Shown: piece after piece, positions 1 to 14,429 of the stretch | How the letters are laid out: each line of letters begins with the position of its first letter | How positions within the stretch are numbered: position 1 is the first letter of the stretch | Translations under genes and position numbers: made by a program | Assembly (NCBI GenBank): GCA_951406725.2 | Contig: OX597835.1 | Coordinates: forward strand, 16,678,001 to 16,742,000 | Reading direction: 5' to 3' | Origin: Octopus vulgaris | Taxonomy: Eukaryota | DNA length: 64,000 nucleotides | Notes under the pieces: model-generated | Seen by the model: the letters and a program-made list of their open reading frames with translations, nothing else | What the model was told of the DNA's origin: nothing | The model's database searches: none

Positions 1-39
1 GAGATGGGAATGTGTGTGCATAAATGTATACACACACGT

Positions 40-395
40 GTGTAGGTATATATACATGTATATATGCATATGTTTAATGAGTATATATGCACATATGTAT
101 ACTTATACATATATTTATGTGTATACATACATACAAACACACACACATATATATATATACATTTATATATATTTATAAACATATATATATATATATACAC
201 ATGAGTATATATATATATATATATAAATATATATATATGTATATATATACATGCACACATATGTACATATGCATACATATATATACTTATACATATACTC
301 ACGTGTATACATATATATATATATATATACATTTATATATATACACACATATATATACACATATGTACATATATATACACACACATATGTACATA

Positions 396-436
<41 letters not shown>

Positions 437-663
437 ATATACATATATATATATATATATAGACGTATGTATGTATACATGTATGCATATTTATGGATCA
501 AAGATAATTATATACATAAATATATGCCCACATATACTCATATGTATATGTGTATATATGCATATACATGTACATATATATGTATATATATATATATACA
601 TACATATATATATATACATACATTCATATATACATAAACACATATACATGTATATGTGTATTG

Positions 664-715
<52 letters not shown>

Positions 716-1024
716 GTATATCTACACGCGCAATAATGCATATACATACATGCACACACACTCCCATTTCGACCCAGAGAGGTGTGAATATACACCACAG
801 CAATACTTACAAATCATCGTCGTCGCTCATCAATTGTTTCCCAAGAAAGATTGGGTTCGTACTATGTATATATATACACACACAGAGAAAGAAATTAATC
901 TTCATATATAGATATACACGCGGAAAGAAATCAAAGAAAATCACGCACGCACGCACGCACACACAAACAAACACACGCACACACACACACATAGATATAT
1001 CAATACAAATATCTATATATCTAC

Positions 1025-1088
<64 letters not shown>

Positions 1089-1106
1089 GCAAATATATAT
1101 ATATAA

Positions 1107-1170
<64 letters not shown>

Positions 1171-1241
1171 TATAAATATATATGTTGCTGCAAAAAGGAA
1201 AATATAACTCAAAACATGACTACATACATACATAATATTTA

Positions 1242-1281
<40 letters not shown>

Positions 1282-1400
1282 TATATATTTATGTATATAT
1301 ATATATATATGTATATATATGTATATATGTATATATATATATATATATAACAAACATACATACACACACACATATATATATATAAGTATATATATATTAT

Positions 1401-1450
<50 letters not shown>

Positions 1451-1470
1451 CATATGTGTGTGCGTATGCG
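40..1470. repeat. Compound (TA)n/(CA)n microsatellite field, representative of dozens in the window
   Basis: Direct inspection. Similar long tracts at 3000-5200, 13701-13930, 28401-28520, 33857-34303, 45330-46000 and 62550-63200. Confidence 0.95.
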
Positions 1471-1865
1471 TAGGCAGAGAGACATCGATACATAGAGGAA
1501 GGGGGACAGGGCGAGTGGGAGAGTGGGAGAAAATGTATTGTATAATTGTATAATTGTATATATATATATATCTTAAGTGCCCAATTCTTAATTCGTCGTT
1601 AAACTCTAAGACTTGATAACATTGCAGGAAGTGCAGCGGGGAACATTTGCTATATGCACGTGCATGTCCACCCTAAAACGATGCATTAGAGCAACATATT
1701 CAAAATAAAATTTGCATAAAATTAATTATACACCTTAATTAATAATATAGTTAATGATGTTTGTTGGTAGTAAAATAGCTGTTGAACATATAGCGTGAAC
1801 TATCTGTAAAGTGCATACGTTTCTACATTATACATACACACATGTGCACATACACATACATATAT

Positions 1866-1932
1866 ACCAGAGTAAGCAGATAAATGTAAAACAACGTGGA
1901 AAAAATAGTATTCGAATACCGAAGGTAGAGTA
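1866..1932 (+). repeat. Short dispersed repeat embedded in TA/CA tracts (inverted copy at about 24075-24140)
   Basis: accagagtaagcagataaatgtaaaacaacgtggaaaaaatagtattcgaatacc..gtagagta matches the reverse complement at 24 kb. Confidence 0.6.
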
Positions 1933-2022
1933 ATATGTGTGTGTGTGTGTGTGTGTGTGTACGTGCAGTGTTGTATTTTTAAACAGATTACGTCCATGAG
2001 ATATTTTCTCTGGTAGAATATC

Positions 2023-2255
2023 TATTTCTTTACTACCCACAAGGGGCTAAACACAGAGAGGACAAACAAGGACAGACAAACGAATTAAGTCGATTATATC
2101 GACCCCGATGCGTAACTGGCACTTATTGAATCGACCCCGAAAGGATGAAAGGCAAAGTCGACCTCGGTGGAATTTGAACTCAGAACGTAGCGGCAGACGA
2201 AATACCGCTAAGCATTTCGCCTGGCGTGCTAACGTTTCTGGCAGCTCGCCGCCTT
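2023..2255 (-). mobile_element. SINE family A (tRNA-derived head, gtcgactttgcctttcatcc body), full length
   Basis: Reverse complement of the copy at 10309-10541. B box gagttcaaattcc; the body resembles the Deu/Nin-type central domain. Confidence 0.85.
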
Positions 2256-2344
2256 TTCTCTGTAGAATACCATAGTAAACTGGCCTTTCAACGATGTATT
2301 ATACTATATTATATACAAGGTCACACACACACAGGCACACACAC

Positions 2345-2423
<79 letters not shown>

Positions 2424-2985
2424 GAGTCTTAATTATGTGGAAGATAGATTTTCTACAGGTGTGACCGTCTCATTGAAAATCATCGAAAAAAATAACAACA
2501 TCAAAAAGCGACAAGTCACACTGGGCTAGTTCGAAACAGTTTCTCATCCTAGGTTTTAAAATCACATTTGTACAGTGGTGGCTCGTGTATAGGCACTGCG
2601 AAACTGCAGTACCCCTTATTTCCACTCGATATTATCAATAACATTCAATATAATGAGTCCCTTTTTCTTTAATCCTTCCCTTATACTTGTACATTATATA
2701 ATCCTTGAGCATAATGTCAGTAGCCATCCCCTAGTTTATGAAAATAAAATACAAAAATCCTTGTAAAGAACTGTGCGCTTCACAGTTCCAGCGACGCGGT
2801 ATTTGGCTGTTGTGCGAATGCTCACATGTTCGAGATAGGAAGCTTCACGCTAGGGAGAGAGAACACTGCGTGAACGACAGTGCTTACCCCGGTTTTCCGC
2901 TGAAGAATAATGCTTCTTTTTCACTCCGCATGTTTATATTCTGGAATGTGATAAAATGTATAACTAAATTATTATCCTGCTTCCG

Positions 2986-3070
<85 letters not shown>

Positions 3071-3220
3071 ATATCTATCTATCTATCCGTCTGTCTGTCT
3101 GTGCGTCCTTCTACTCTCTATATCTGTTTACTGATGAAGGCATATTTAATACGAACATAAACTATATAAGTACGCGTATACACACGTACAAACACATATG
3201 CATACATAGCTATATATATC

Positions 3221-3304
<84 letters not shown>

Positions 3305-3797
3305 ATATGTATATATACATACACACACATGCATTCACACACACACATAAAACTATGCCTGTATTTTTATGAATATACACATGATCACACACACAGGCAC
3401 ACAGATATATGTGTGTGCGTATGCATGTATATAGATATGTGTGTATGTGTGTGTGTGTGTGCATGTGTGTGTATAGAGAGGTACACATTTTTAAAGTGCA
3501 AAAGGAGTTGAAAATCTGCTTAACTTATTACATATAATTGTAACATCAAATTTCTTATATAACAAAATCTACTTATCGCACAAATAAACAACATACACAC
3601 ACAGACAAATAAACTGTCGCACATACACACACATGTAACTACACACACACACACACACAGCTACACATATACACACACATAGATGCACACACACACACAC
3701 ACACGCATATATATATATATATATAAATATATATATATAAATATTTAAATATATATATATATATAAATATTTAAATATATATATATATATAAATATT

Positions 3798-3859
<62 letters not shown>

Positions 3860-3863
3860 TATG

Positions 3864-3931
<68 letters not shown>

Positions 3932-4268
3932 AACACACCAACGTTATTATGTGAAATTTCGTACATGTAATTCAAGTGATTTGAAATAAATTCTATGACT
4001 TATTTACACACAAACACGTGCAAACGCTCGTACGAACACATATACACCCACCTTCGTAAACACACACACACACACGCACACACATACATACACACACACA
4101 AACGCATGCATATTTACATATGCTCACACCACACTTATACACACACACATGCCTATTTAAATAGATGTGTAGAATACAATCTCTCATCTTTATTTCTAGC
4201 GCATGCGTTACGTACAGATACTGACGACCTTCTACCAAACATGCTTATCTTTGTACTCAAATATATGC

Positions 4269-4382
<114 letters not shown>

Positions 4383-4571
4383 ATATATATATATATATAT
4401 ACACATGCATATATATCTACATATATATCTATGCATAAAATATTTCTTTTAGTACTTTAGTATGATGGTTGGTTTAATTAGTCCTTTGAACTTACGCTTT
4501 CACATCCATACACACATACACTTCCGCGCGCGCGTGGGCGAACACCCACATCTCAGTGTGTGTATGTGTGC

Positions 4572-4610
<39 letters not shown>

Positions 4611-4823
4611 CATTCAAAGGTATTTTATAAACATAGATACATAGACACAAATGTGTTTCGATAACAAAATATGCATACATACATACATAACGTCTAGTTA
4701 AATGTATGCATGTTTATATATATGCACATACACTCAAATATACGCATACATACGTTCATGTATATATAGATGCATAATACTCACACATGTATAATTAATG
4801 AGGCAATTGTATGTGTGTGTACC

Positions 4824-4895
<72 letters not shown>

Positions 4896-5007
4896 TGTGT
4901 GTGTATGTGTGTATATATATATATATATATACTTACATATATATATGTATACATACATGCGTACATACATGTATATATGTATAAACAATCACCCCCACAC
5001 ATATAGA

Positions 5008-5045
<38 letters not shown>

Positions 5046-5576
5046 CATGTATCCACTGCATCAAAAAACAAGAACGTCACATACCTCATGTATACGTCAA
5101 ACGGCATCAACAGTCACATGACACACGACACACTATATGCGCCATTACACACAATGAAAAATACATGCATACATACATACATACATACATACATACATAA
5201 TTCACATGCATATACACACACATATGCGCATATGTATTTATATTGGAATGTTGACGTAGCTCTAGAATAAATATCTTTGAAAGCCATTTTGAAGGGGTAT
5301 TTGTAGAAAGAGTTAAGACTTTAGAAATGAAACGCTAAAGCAGGAAGAAAAAGAAGAAGAAAGAGGAAGAAAGAAAAAAAGAAAGGCAAGAGACAAAAAG
5401 AAAAAAGTAGAATAAAGAGAAAGAGAAAGGATAAAAGGCATCCACCACCATCACCACCATCATCATCTTCGTTATTATTATTATCATCATCATCATCATC
5501 ATCATTATTATTATTATTACTATTATTATTGTTGTTGTTGTTGTTGTTGTTGTTATTATTATTATTATTATTGTTA

Positions 5577-5683
<107 letters not shown>

Positions 5684-5684
5684 T

Positions 5685-6093
5685 AGGCATAGGAGTGGCT
5701 GTGCGGTAAGTAGCTTGCTTACCAACCACATGGTTCCGGGTTCAGTCCCACTGCGTGGTACCTTGGGCAAGTGTCTTCTACTATAGCCTCGCGCCGACCA
5801 AAGCCTTGTTAGTGGATTTGGTAGACGGAAACTGAAAGAAACCCGTCGTATATATATATGTATATATGTTTGTGTGTCTGTGTTTGTCCTCCCACCCTCA
5901 ACATCGCTTGACAAACGATGCTGGTGTGTTTACGTCCCCGTTTCTTAGCGGTTCGGCAAAAGAGACCGATAGAACAAGTACTAGGCTTACAAAGAATAAG
6001 TCCTGGGGTCGATTTGCTCGACTAAAGGCGGTGCTCCAGCATGGCCGCAGTCAAATGACTGAAACAAGTAAAAGAGTAAAAGAGTAAAAGAGT
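5685..6093 (+). mobile_element. SINE family B (ggagtggctgtg head, ccttgggcaagtg body, internal TA/TG tract, agagtaaa tail)
   Basis: Near-identical to 15124-15540 and to the reverse complement of 31779-32192. Confidence 0.85.
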
Positions 6094-6094
6094 A

Positions 6095-6153
<59 letters not shown>

Positions 6154-6157
6154 GTTA

Positions 6158-6215
<58 letters not shown>

Positions 6216-6224
6216 AAACCTTCG

Positions 6225-6510
6225 AAGGACGAAGGACAACGTTGCCTACGTTGGAACGTGAATTCAGAACGTAAAGAACTGGAAGAAATGCTTCAAAGCA
6301 TTTTGTTCGACGCGCTGACGATTCCGCTAGCACATTAAATTACTACTACTACTACTACTACTACTGAAAATGACAATCCTTTCTACTATAGGTACAAGGC
6401 CCGATATTTTCGGAGGAATTGCGATTAATCGATTACATCGATCCCCAGTACTCAACTGGTACTTATTCCATCGGCCCCGAAAGGAATTTGAACCCAGAAC
6501 GTAAAGAGTT
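6225..6510 (-). mobile_element. Two fragments of SINE family A
   Basis: cagaacgtaaag, aagcattttg and gtactcaactggtacttatt motifs. Confidence 0.6.
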
Positions 6511-6605
6511 AACAGATTGCAGCCTTAACTGCTTTACTACTGCTCCTGCTGCTACTATTACTGCTGTTGCTGCTGCTGCTGCTGCTTATGCTGCTGCTGC
6601 TGCTG

Positions 6606-6660
<55 letters not shown>

Positions 6661-6667
6661 AACCACC

Positions 6668-6728
<61 letters not shown>

Positions 6729-7368
6729 AAATAATGATATGAAGAAAACAAAAAGAAGCGTAACACATGATGATGATGATGATGATGTCGATGAGGATGA
6801 AGACGAAGAAAGAAGAGGTAGGAGAAGAAAACGGAGAAGAAGAGGTAGAAGGTAGAAGACGAAGACGGCGACGGCGACGGCGACGAAGAAGAAAACGAAA
6901 ATGAAGAAGGAGGAGGAGGAGAAGGGGAAGAGAAGAAGAAGACGAAGAAGAAGAAGAAGAAGAAGAAGAAGAGAATAAAAGATGTCTGCTCCCACAACAG
7001 AGAACATGAAGTGAATGATATTTCAGATGTTTGAACTGTTCTTGTCAAGTCATGGAGATACTTCTAGAATGTGTGTGTACGTGTGTGTTTGTGTGTGTGT
7101 GTGTGTGCGTGTGTGTATACGTGTGTGTGTCTATATGTGCACTGATTCTTGCATATACTTATAACATAAATAAAGACATTCATACATATTTATATGCAAT
7201 TGTATGTGTGTGTGTATATACATGTACACAGACACACACATATGTATATATATATGTATATATGTATATATATATATGTATATATGTATATATATATATG
7301 TATATATGTATATATATATATATATGTATATATATATGTATATATATATATATATATATATACACATG

Positions 7369-7427
<59 letters not shown>

Positions 7428-7579
7428 TTATGTTTACATATGTATGTACAGATATTTATACACACATGCACTCATACACATACACACACACACATATATA
7501 CACACGTAAACAGAAATGTCTACATGAACACGTACACATAAGCACATACATTCAGACAATCGTGGACACACACACACAT

Positions 7580-7644
<65 letters not shown>

Positions 7645-7964
7645 CATACACAAATACATACGTACAAACACATACGCATATTTATAGTCTTACAGACGTT
7701 CTCCGTTCCCAACCTTCAATTCAAAGCTTCGAGATCACAGAGAAAGCAGTAACTCTTTACAAGAAAGAGATCAAAAATCAAATCAGTGTTACTCCTATTG
7801 ATTTTAGCATCAAATATAGTTTAGTTATCTGCATCTTACAGGCCTTGATGCAGTTATTAACAACATGCAACCTGCAGCAGTTGTGTAACACAGGATGCAA
7901 TTACACTGGTGTATAAGTAACGCCTCAGCTGTAGACTGGACAGAGTATATTAGTGTATTAGTAT

Positions 7965-8612
7965 GTCTGTAGTGGTTAGGGGTATTCGGCTCTCGATCGT
8001 ATAGTCACGATTTCGATTCCTGGCGGTGTGTTTTGTCCTTGAGCAAGACACTTTATTTCACGTTGCCCCAAGCTACTCTGATGGCAAAAGTGAGTAGCAT
8101 CTATATTTCAAAGAACCAGCTTTGTCACATTCTGTGTTACACTGAATGTCTCTTTCTTTACTACCCACAAGGGGCTAAACACAGAGAGGACAAACAATGA
8201 CAGACAAACAGATTAAGTCGATTATATCGACCCCAGTACGTAACTGGTACTTATTTAATCGACCCCGAAAGGATGAAAGGCAAAGTCGACCTCGGTGGAA
8301 TTTGAACTCAGAACGTAGCGGCAGACGAAATACCGATAAGCATTTCGCTCGACGTGCTAACGATTCTGCCAGCTCGCCGCCTTATTTCGCCCGGTGTGTT
8401 TTGTCCTTGAGCAAGACACTTTATTTCACGTTGCTCCAAGCTACTCAGATGGCAAAAGTGAGTAGCATCTATATTTCAAAGAACCAACTTTGTCACATTC
8501 GGTGTCACGCTGAATCTCCTTGAGAGCTATGTTAAGGGTACGCGTGTCTGTGGAGTGCTCAGCCACATGCATGTTAATTTCAACTGGAACCCTCGTCGTC
8601 GTAACCGACAGA
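7965..8612 (+). mobile_element. SINE family D (ccttgagcaagacactttatttcacgttg body with a family-C tail), interrupted by a family A copy
   Basis: A/B boxes at 7970-8020. The tail ggaaccctcgtcgtcgtaaccgac is shared with 13225-13248. Confidence 0.7.
8152..8382 (-). mobile_element. SINE family A, full length, nested
   Basis: Matches 2023-2255. Confidence 0.85.
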
Positions 8613-8715
8613 AGAAAAGAGCCGGCTGCCAACACTTTTTTCTGTAAAATAGGGGTAGCTTATCCTGTTCAGGCTATATTATTAGCATAATCCTGCGTTT
8701 GATAAAATTTAAAAT

Positions 8716-8909
8716 TTGCGGATCCGTGGAATAAGCTGCCGGACGAGATAGTGAAGATGCCGACGACCGCTCGGTTCAAAGTCTCTCTTGACCAGAAATG
8801 GCCTGAACTCTTTGTATGAACACCCTCCCTGTACATAACTCCATGTCCCCCTACATGGCCTTGCTTTTGCTTTATGAGCCCCCCAAAATTAAATTAAATT
8901 AAATTAAAC
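8716..8909 (+). mobile_element. 5'-truncated CR1-clade LINE 3' end
   Basis: Encodes ADPWNKLPDEIVKMPTTARFKVSLDQKWPELFV* (WNxLP...FK..LD motif), then a short 3'UTR and an (AATTA)n tail. Confidence 0.75.
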
Positions 8910-9110
8910 TTCCCTTAACTCTCTAAGACATCTCAACGCTTCTAAAGCAAACTTCGTTTGTTTACGTTCATCGTAATTTCAATTTAAAGTACTTATAGTG
9001 TTTCCGCTGTACGTAAGACAGCATATTAGAATATCTATATTACCTAAGATATAGTATAAATATTTAAATCATTTCAGCTTCAAAGCTGCGGTCTAGCTAG
9101 TCTATCCGGT

Positions 9111-9328
9111 AGCGGCGAGCTTGGTAGAACCGTTAACATGTGGGACACAATGCTTAGCGGTATTTCGTCCTTTTTTTTTACGATCTGAGCTTAAATTCCG
9201 CCGAGGTTGACTTTGCCTTTCATCCTTTTCGGGCTCGATGAAACCAATACCAGTTAAGTAATGGAGTCGGTGTAATCAACTAGACCCCCTCCACCCAAAA
9301 TTTCAGGCCTTGAGCACATAGCCTTGTA
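9111..9328 (+). mobile_element. SINE family A variant (aaatttcaggccttg tail)
   Basis: Same head and body as family A with a different 3' tail. Confidence 0.75.
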
Positions 9329-9334
9329 TACTAA

Positions 9335-9785
9335 TAGCCTGCCCAAGATAAAAAGGTGTGCCGCTTTTGTTCTATTTACCATCAAATACAAAGATTCTAA
9401 GAAAGGATTCTTCTTAAATGTCGCCAGGTCTGTCGTGTTTAAGATCCGAAAAGAGCTCCTGGCATCCCACGGGAATGTGTCTCCCATAACCAAACAAAAA
9501 AAAAAAGAAAAAGGAAAAACATTTTTGACGGTCAGAGCTTGTCAGAAAAGTCTAGTTTGTCCAGCAAGTCCAGGGAACCATCACCGAGGGCAATGTCATG
9601 CCTTCTCAGTTGTTCCCGGAAGGTCTTAGAGTCTATACAGCGGTCTACCTCAAGATAATGCAGACGGTTGTCAAGCCCTGGACCAAAATAGTTGCTCGGG
9701 GTGGGGCCTAATATTACAGCCTGCACAAGCCAAGAGTGGATGACTGAAAAATTTCACGATCATGTCACCCCTAACTTTCCTAGGG
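9335..9785 (+). pseudogene. Decayed Tc1/mariner-superfamily transposase
   Basis: Fragments FLNVARSVVFKIRKEL (HTH-like), TEGNVMPSQLFPEGLRVYTAVYLKIMQTVVKPW and SQEWMTEKFHDHVTPNF (just before the WPxxSPD motif), with stops and deletions. Confidence 0.75.
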
Positions 9786-9811
9786 AGATCAATAAGTATT
9801 CCCCCAAATAC

Positions 9812-9993
9812 CTATTTCTCCACTACCCACAAGGAGCCAAACACAGAGGTGGACAAACAAGGACAGACAAACGGATTAAGTCGATTATATCGATCCCAGT
9901 GCGTAACTGGTACTTATTTAATCGACCCCGAAAGGATGAAAGGCAAAGTCGACCTCGGCGGAATTTAAACTCAGAACGTAGCGGCAGACGAAA
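9812..9993 (-). mobile_element. SINE family A, 5'-truncated
   Basis: Matches 2023-2205. Confidence 0.8.
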
Positions 9994-10308
9994 TAGGTCT
10001 GCTAGTGTTGACGTTATAGGAAACATAAATAAAGATATCTGACCTACATATTCAGACGTATCGAGGTTGGTGGCGATTTTATTGAATAATTTTAGCTATG
10101 TGTTTGCAAGAATATGTGTATCAAATTCTATAAAATTACTTTAGTCTCTACTAAATATTCTTTTTTCCTTAAATTAAATTTGCTTTTACTCATATAGCTC
10201 ACACATCTTGTATATGCGCTTAGTTATAGTTCATTAGATATAAAAGAGTATATCTCCAATGCATTAGACATGGTATGTTAGTATATCGATAGTATATTTA
10301 ACATATTA

Positions 10309-11085
10309 AGGCGGCGAGCTGGCAAAAACGTTAGCAAGCCGGGCGAAATGCTTAGCGGTATTTCGTCTGCCGCTACGTTCTGAGTTCAAATTCCGCCGAG
10401 GTCGACTTTGCCTTTCATCCTTTCGGGGTCAGTTAAATAAGTACCAGTTACGCACTGGGGTCGATATAATCGACTTAATCCGTTTGTCTGTCCTTGTTTG
10501 TCCTCTCTGTGTTTAGCCCCTTGTGGGTAGTAAAGAAATAAGTATTTCATCTACCGTTACGTTCTAAGTTCAAATTTCGCTGAGGTCGACTTTGTCTTTC
10601 ATGCTTTCGGGGTCAGTTAAATAAGTACCAGTTACGCACTGGAGTCGATAAAATCGATTTAATCCGTTTGTCCCTTCTGTGTGTAGCCCCTTGTGGGCAG
10701 TAAAGAAATAGATATTTCGTCTACCGTTACGTTCTAAGTTCAAATTTCGCCGAGGTCGACTTTGCTTTTCATCCTTTCGGGGTCGATTAAATAAGTACCA
10801 GTTACGCACTGGGGTCGATATAATCGACTTAATCCGTTTGTCTGTCCTTGTTTGTCCCCTCTATGTTTAGCCCCTTGTGGGCAGTAAAGAAATAATAAAC
10901 GTTAGCACGACGGGCGAAATGCTTAGCAGTATTTCGTCTGTCTTCATGTTCTGATTTCAAATTCCGTCGACTTGGCATTTTATCCTTTTGGGACCGATAA
11001 ATTAATTACCAGTTGCGTTCTGGGATCAATCTAATCGAGTGACCCCCTTTCCCAAAATTTCGAGCCTTGTGTCTAGAGCAGAAAA
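10309..11085 (+). mobile_element. Head-to-tail array of four family A SINE units
   Basis: Full copy 10309-10541, two 5'-truncated copies (about 10543-10711 and 10712-10893), variant-tail copy about 10897-11085. Confidence 0.85.
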
Positions 11086-11334
11086 GTATATTTAATATAT
11101 TGTGAGGGAGAGTTGAAGATTGTCGCAGATATTCCAAAATGGAAAATAAATAAAAATTTTAATGAATTATAGAAAGGTAAGAAAGAATTATTCCATTCGA
11201 GTATTTTTCATTTGTTTGTTGTGGGGTTTATACCACGAAATTCCTGTTACTCTTCCACCTCACCTAAATGAGCAAAGCAGAATAAAATTAAAACAGTTCA
11301 CAGATATTCTTCCCGAAGAGGAACTTCAAATGTT

Positions 11335-12025
11335 CGGCCATGCATGACTGGAATAAACAGGACTAAAGGTCTTCCTTTTTCTGCTTGGTCACGCTTGATT
11401 GGTATAAAGAACACACAGAGACTTCCCATCACCTCTTTGGTTATGCTTGATTAGAACTAACAGAACTCAAAGACCTCCTTTTCTTATTTGGTCATGCTTG
11501 ACTGGTAGAAGAGGAATAAAAGACTTCCTTTAAATGCTTGGCCATGCCTGATTGGTACAAAGAGAAATTAAGGATGACCCCCGTTGCATATTTGTCAAAA
11601 GGGATTAAAAAAGACCCCTTACCAGTTTAGTCATGCTTTATTGTCATAACAGGGCTGAAAGATTCTCTTATCTGTTTAATCATGCGACCTTCTCGTAAAA
11701 GGAGCTAAAGGATTCCCTTATCTCTTTAGTCATGCTTCCTTGTCACGAAGAGAATTAAGCAGATCCCTTTTTGGTCATGCTTTATTTTAATAAAAAAGGG
11801 AAATTATGAAGACACCCTAAAACAAAAGAAATTTGAAAAACCTTTCCTTGTTACTTTAAGAAATTAAATGCATCATTGTCATTCGAAGGGTCAAACAGAC
11901 CTATTCTTCTCTGCTTGGTCATGCTTCATTAGCATAAAAGGGACTAAGAGTTACCCTTACTTGTTTAGTCATGCTTCGTTGATATAAAGGGAATTAAGAA
12001 CCCCTCCCCTTACCTGCTCATACTT
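11335..12025. repeat. Degenerate ~50-bp minisatellite (ggtcatgcttgattgg...aaagacttccc), about 13 units
   Basis: The gtcatgc-like motif recurs near 11337, 11387, 11439, 11490, 11540, 11629, 11678, 11728, 11917 and 11967. Confidence 0.7.
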
Positions 12026-12208
12026 GAAGTCCGTCGACAGATGTTCGACCTCTTGCGTCAGATACAAACAACATTTCTATGCTAGGGGGGGATAATAGAG
12101 AGATTACTACAGACGTCTTGTGGTATGGCATGTGATAGTGGTGGTGCTGGATATCTCTCCTCCTTCCGTCTGTCTGTCTGTCTGTCTGTCCGTCTGTCTC
12201 TGTCTGTC

Positions 12209-12241
<33 letters not shown>

Positions 12242-12270
12242 GTCTGTCTGTCTGTCTGTCTATCTCTGTC

Positions 12271-12355
<85 letters not shown>

Positions 12356-12504
12356 TATGTATCACTCTATTACTATATCGACCAGAATATCAGGTGTGGT
12401 TAAACCACCAATCACAAGGCGGTTTCTCGCATTCTTGTAGCCCTCAAATATTGTCACTCCACTGGTTATGCGGGCGGGCCATATATTTGCGGATGGGCCA
12501 TATA

Positions 12505-12754
12505 TATATTATATAAAATCCGTTCTGTCTGTCTGTCTGTCTGTCTGTCTGTGTCTTCTAGGATCTCGGGCATTCTCCATCCGATTGCGCTCAAATTTGA
12601 TATTTAGATACCGACTTTATCAGGGCATGTATAAGCCTTGAAAATTTACAAAAATCGATTCCAGGTGAGAATGCGATCGATAAAGCCGTGGGAACGTGTA
12701 TTTGTACGCGCAAGTACATCACCACCGTCCATTGGACGGGATACGTTTTGCTCG
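12505..12754 (+). mobile_element. Non-autonomous Helitron/DINE-like element
   Basis: 5' tatataaaat, internal (GTCT)n, 3' hairpin ccgtcc-att-ggacgg, then CTCG|T. Confidence 0.55.
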
Positions 12755-12879
12755 TATATATACATGTATATATTATATATTAAATATGTTATACTATATT
12801 ATAATATATTATATATATATATATGTATATGTATATACGTATGTATATATGTGAATGTATGTGTCTATATGTATGCAGT

Positions 12880-13262
12880 GGAGGCGCAATGGCCCAGTGG
12901 TTAGGGCAGCGGACTCGCGGTCGTAGGATCGCGGTTTCGATTCCCAGACCGGGCGTTGTGAGTGTTTATTGAGCGAAAACACCTAAAGCTCCACGAGGCT
13001 CCGGCAGGGGATGGTGGTGATCCCTGCTGTACTCTTTCGCCACAACTTTCTCTCACTCTTACTTCCTGTTTCTATTGTACCTGTATTTCAAAGGGGCCGG
13101 CCTTGTCACTCTGTGTCACGCTGAATATCCCCGAGAGCTACGTTAAGGGTACACGTGTCTGTGGATTGCTCAGCCACTTACACGTTAATTTCACGAGCAG
13201 GCTGTTCCGTTGATCGGATCAACCGGAACCCTCGTCGTCGTAACCGACGGAGTGCTTCCATC
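12880..13262 (+). mobile_element. SINE family C, tRNA-Arg-like head, full length
   Basis: A box tggcccagtgg, B box ggtttcgattcc. Possible TSD atatgtatgca/atatgtgtgca. Partial inverted copy at 32821-32963. Confidence 0.85.
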
Positions 13263-13697
13263 CATATGTGTGCAAGATGTGTGTGGTGTGTGTACTCTGT
13301 ATAAAGACTGGTTATGTGAAGCAAATTAAAGTACCAACGAGTCAATACATTAACAAACGATGTGTCTAATAAAGTAAAGCTCTATTACAGAACATATATC
13401 ATCAATTTGAATTTTCTACTCAATTAAGGAATTAATTTAGCATTTGTCAAACACTTTACTTGACCAGACAGACTTCCCGTTCTTTGGATGCACGGATATT
13501 AATGTTGTAAGGAGCGCAACTCTTAAACGACAAAATTTAGATGTAAACGAAATGGATTTTGGAAATTGAAAAATTAAAAAAAAAGAAAAAAAGGAAACAA
13601 GAAAAAAAATGATATAGTAAATCAAAAATATAAAAATATAAATAAAATACAAGGAAATGAACAGAATGTTAGGAGAGTGGAAATGAAGATACGATTG

Positions 13698-13841
<144 letters not shown>

Positions 13842-13866
13842 CATGTGTATATATATATATATATAT

Positions 13867-13897
<31 letters not shown>

Positions 13898-14009
13898 CAG
13901 ACTGTGTATATATATATATATATATACACACACATGTCTGTTTGTTTATCTATCTATCTATACTTTTTAGACACAGATATTTATTTTGGCGCACATATAT
14001 GCCACGGAA

Positions 14010-14322
14010 TAAGAAGACGAAGAAGACGAAGACGAAGACGAAGAAGAAGAAGAAGAAGAAGAAGAAGAAGAAGAAGAAGAAGAAGAAGAAGAAGAAAAAG
14101 GAGAAGAAGGAGAAGAAGAAGAAGAAGAAGAAGAAGAAAAAGAAGGAGAAGAAGAAGAAGGAGAAAAAGAAGACGAAGAAGAAGAAGAAGAAAAAGAAGA
14201 AGGAGAAGAAGGAGAAGAACGAGAAGAACGAGAAGAAGGAGAAGAAGAAGGAGAAGAAGAAGAAGAAGGAGTAGAAGAAGAAGAAGAAGAAGAAGAAGAA
14301 GAAGAAGAAGGAGAAGAAGAAG
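14010..14322. repeat. (GAA)n purine tract
   Basis: Direct inspection. Confidence 0.95.
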
Positions 14323-14429
14323 AAAATTGTTATGACTTAGCACAGTCACGAAACACGAAGAAAAGAATGAGAAAAGATTATAACAAAAGAATCAAAAATA
14401 ATATTGGTTATAACTTGATTACTGCTACA

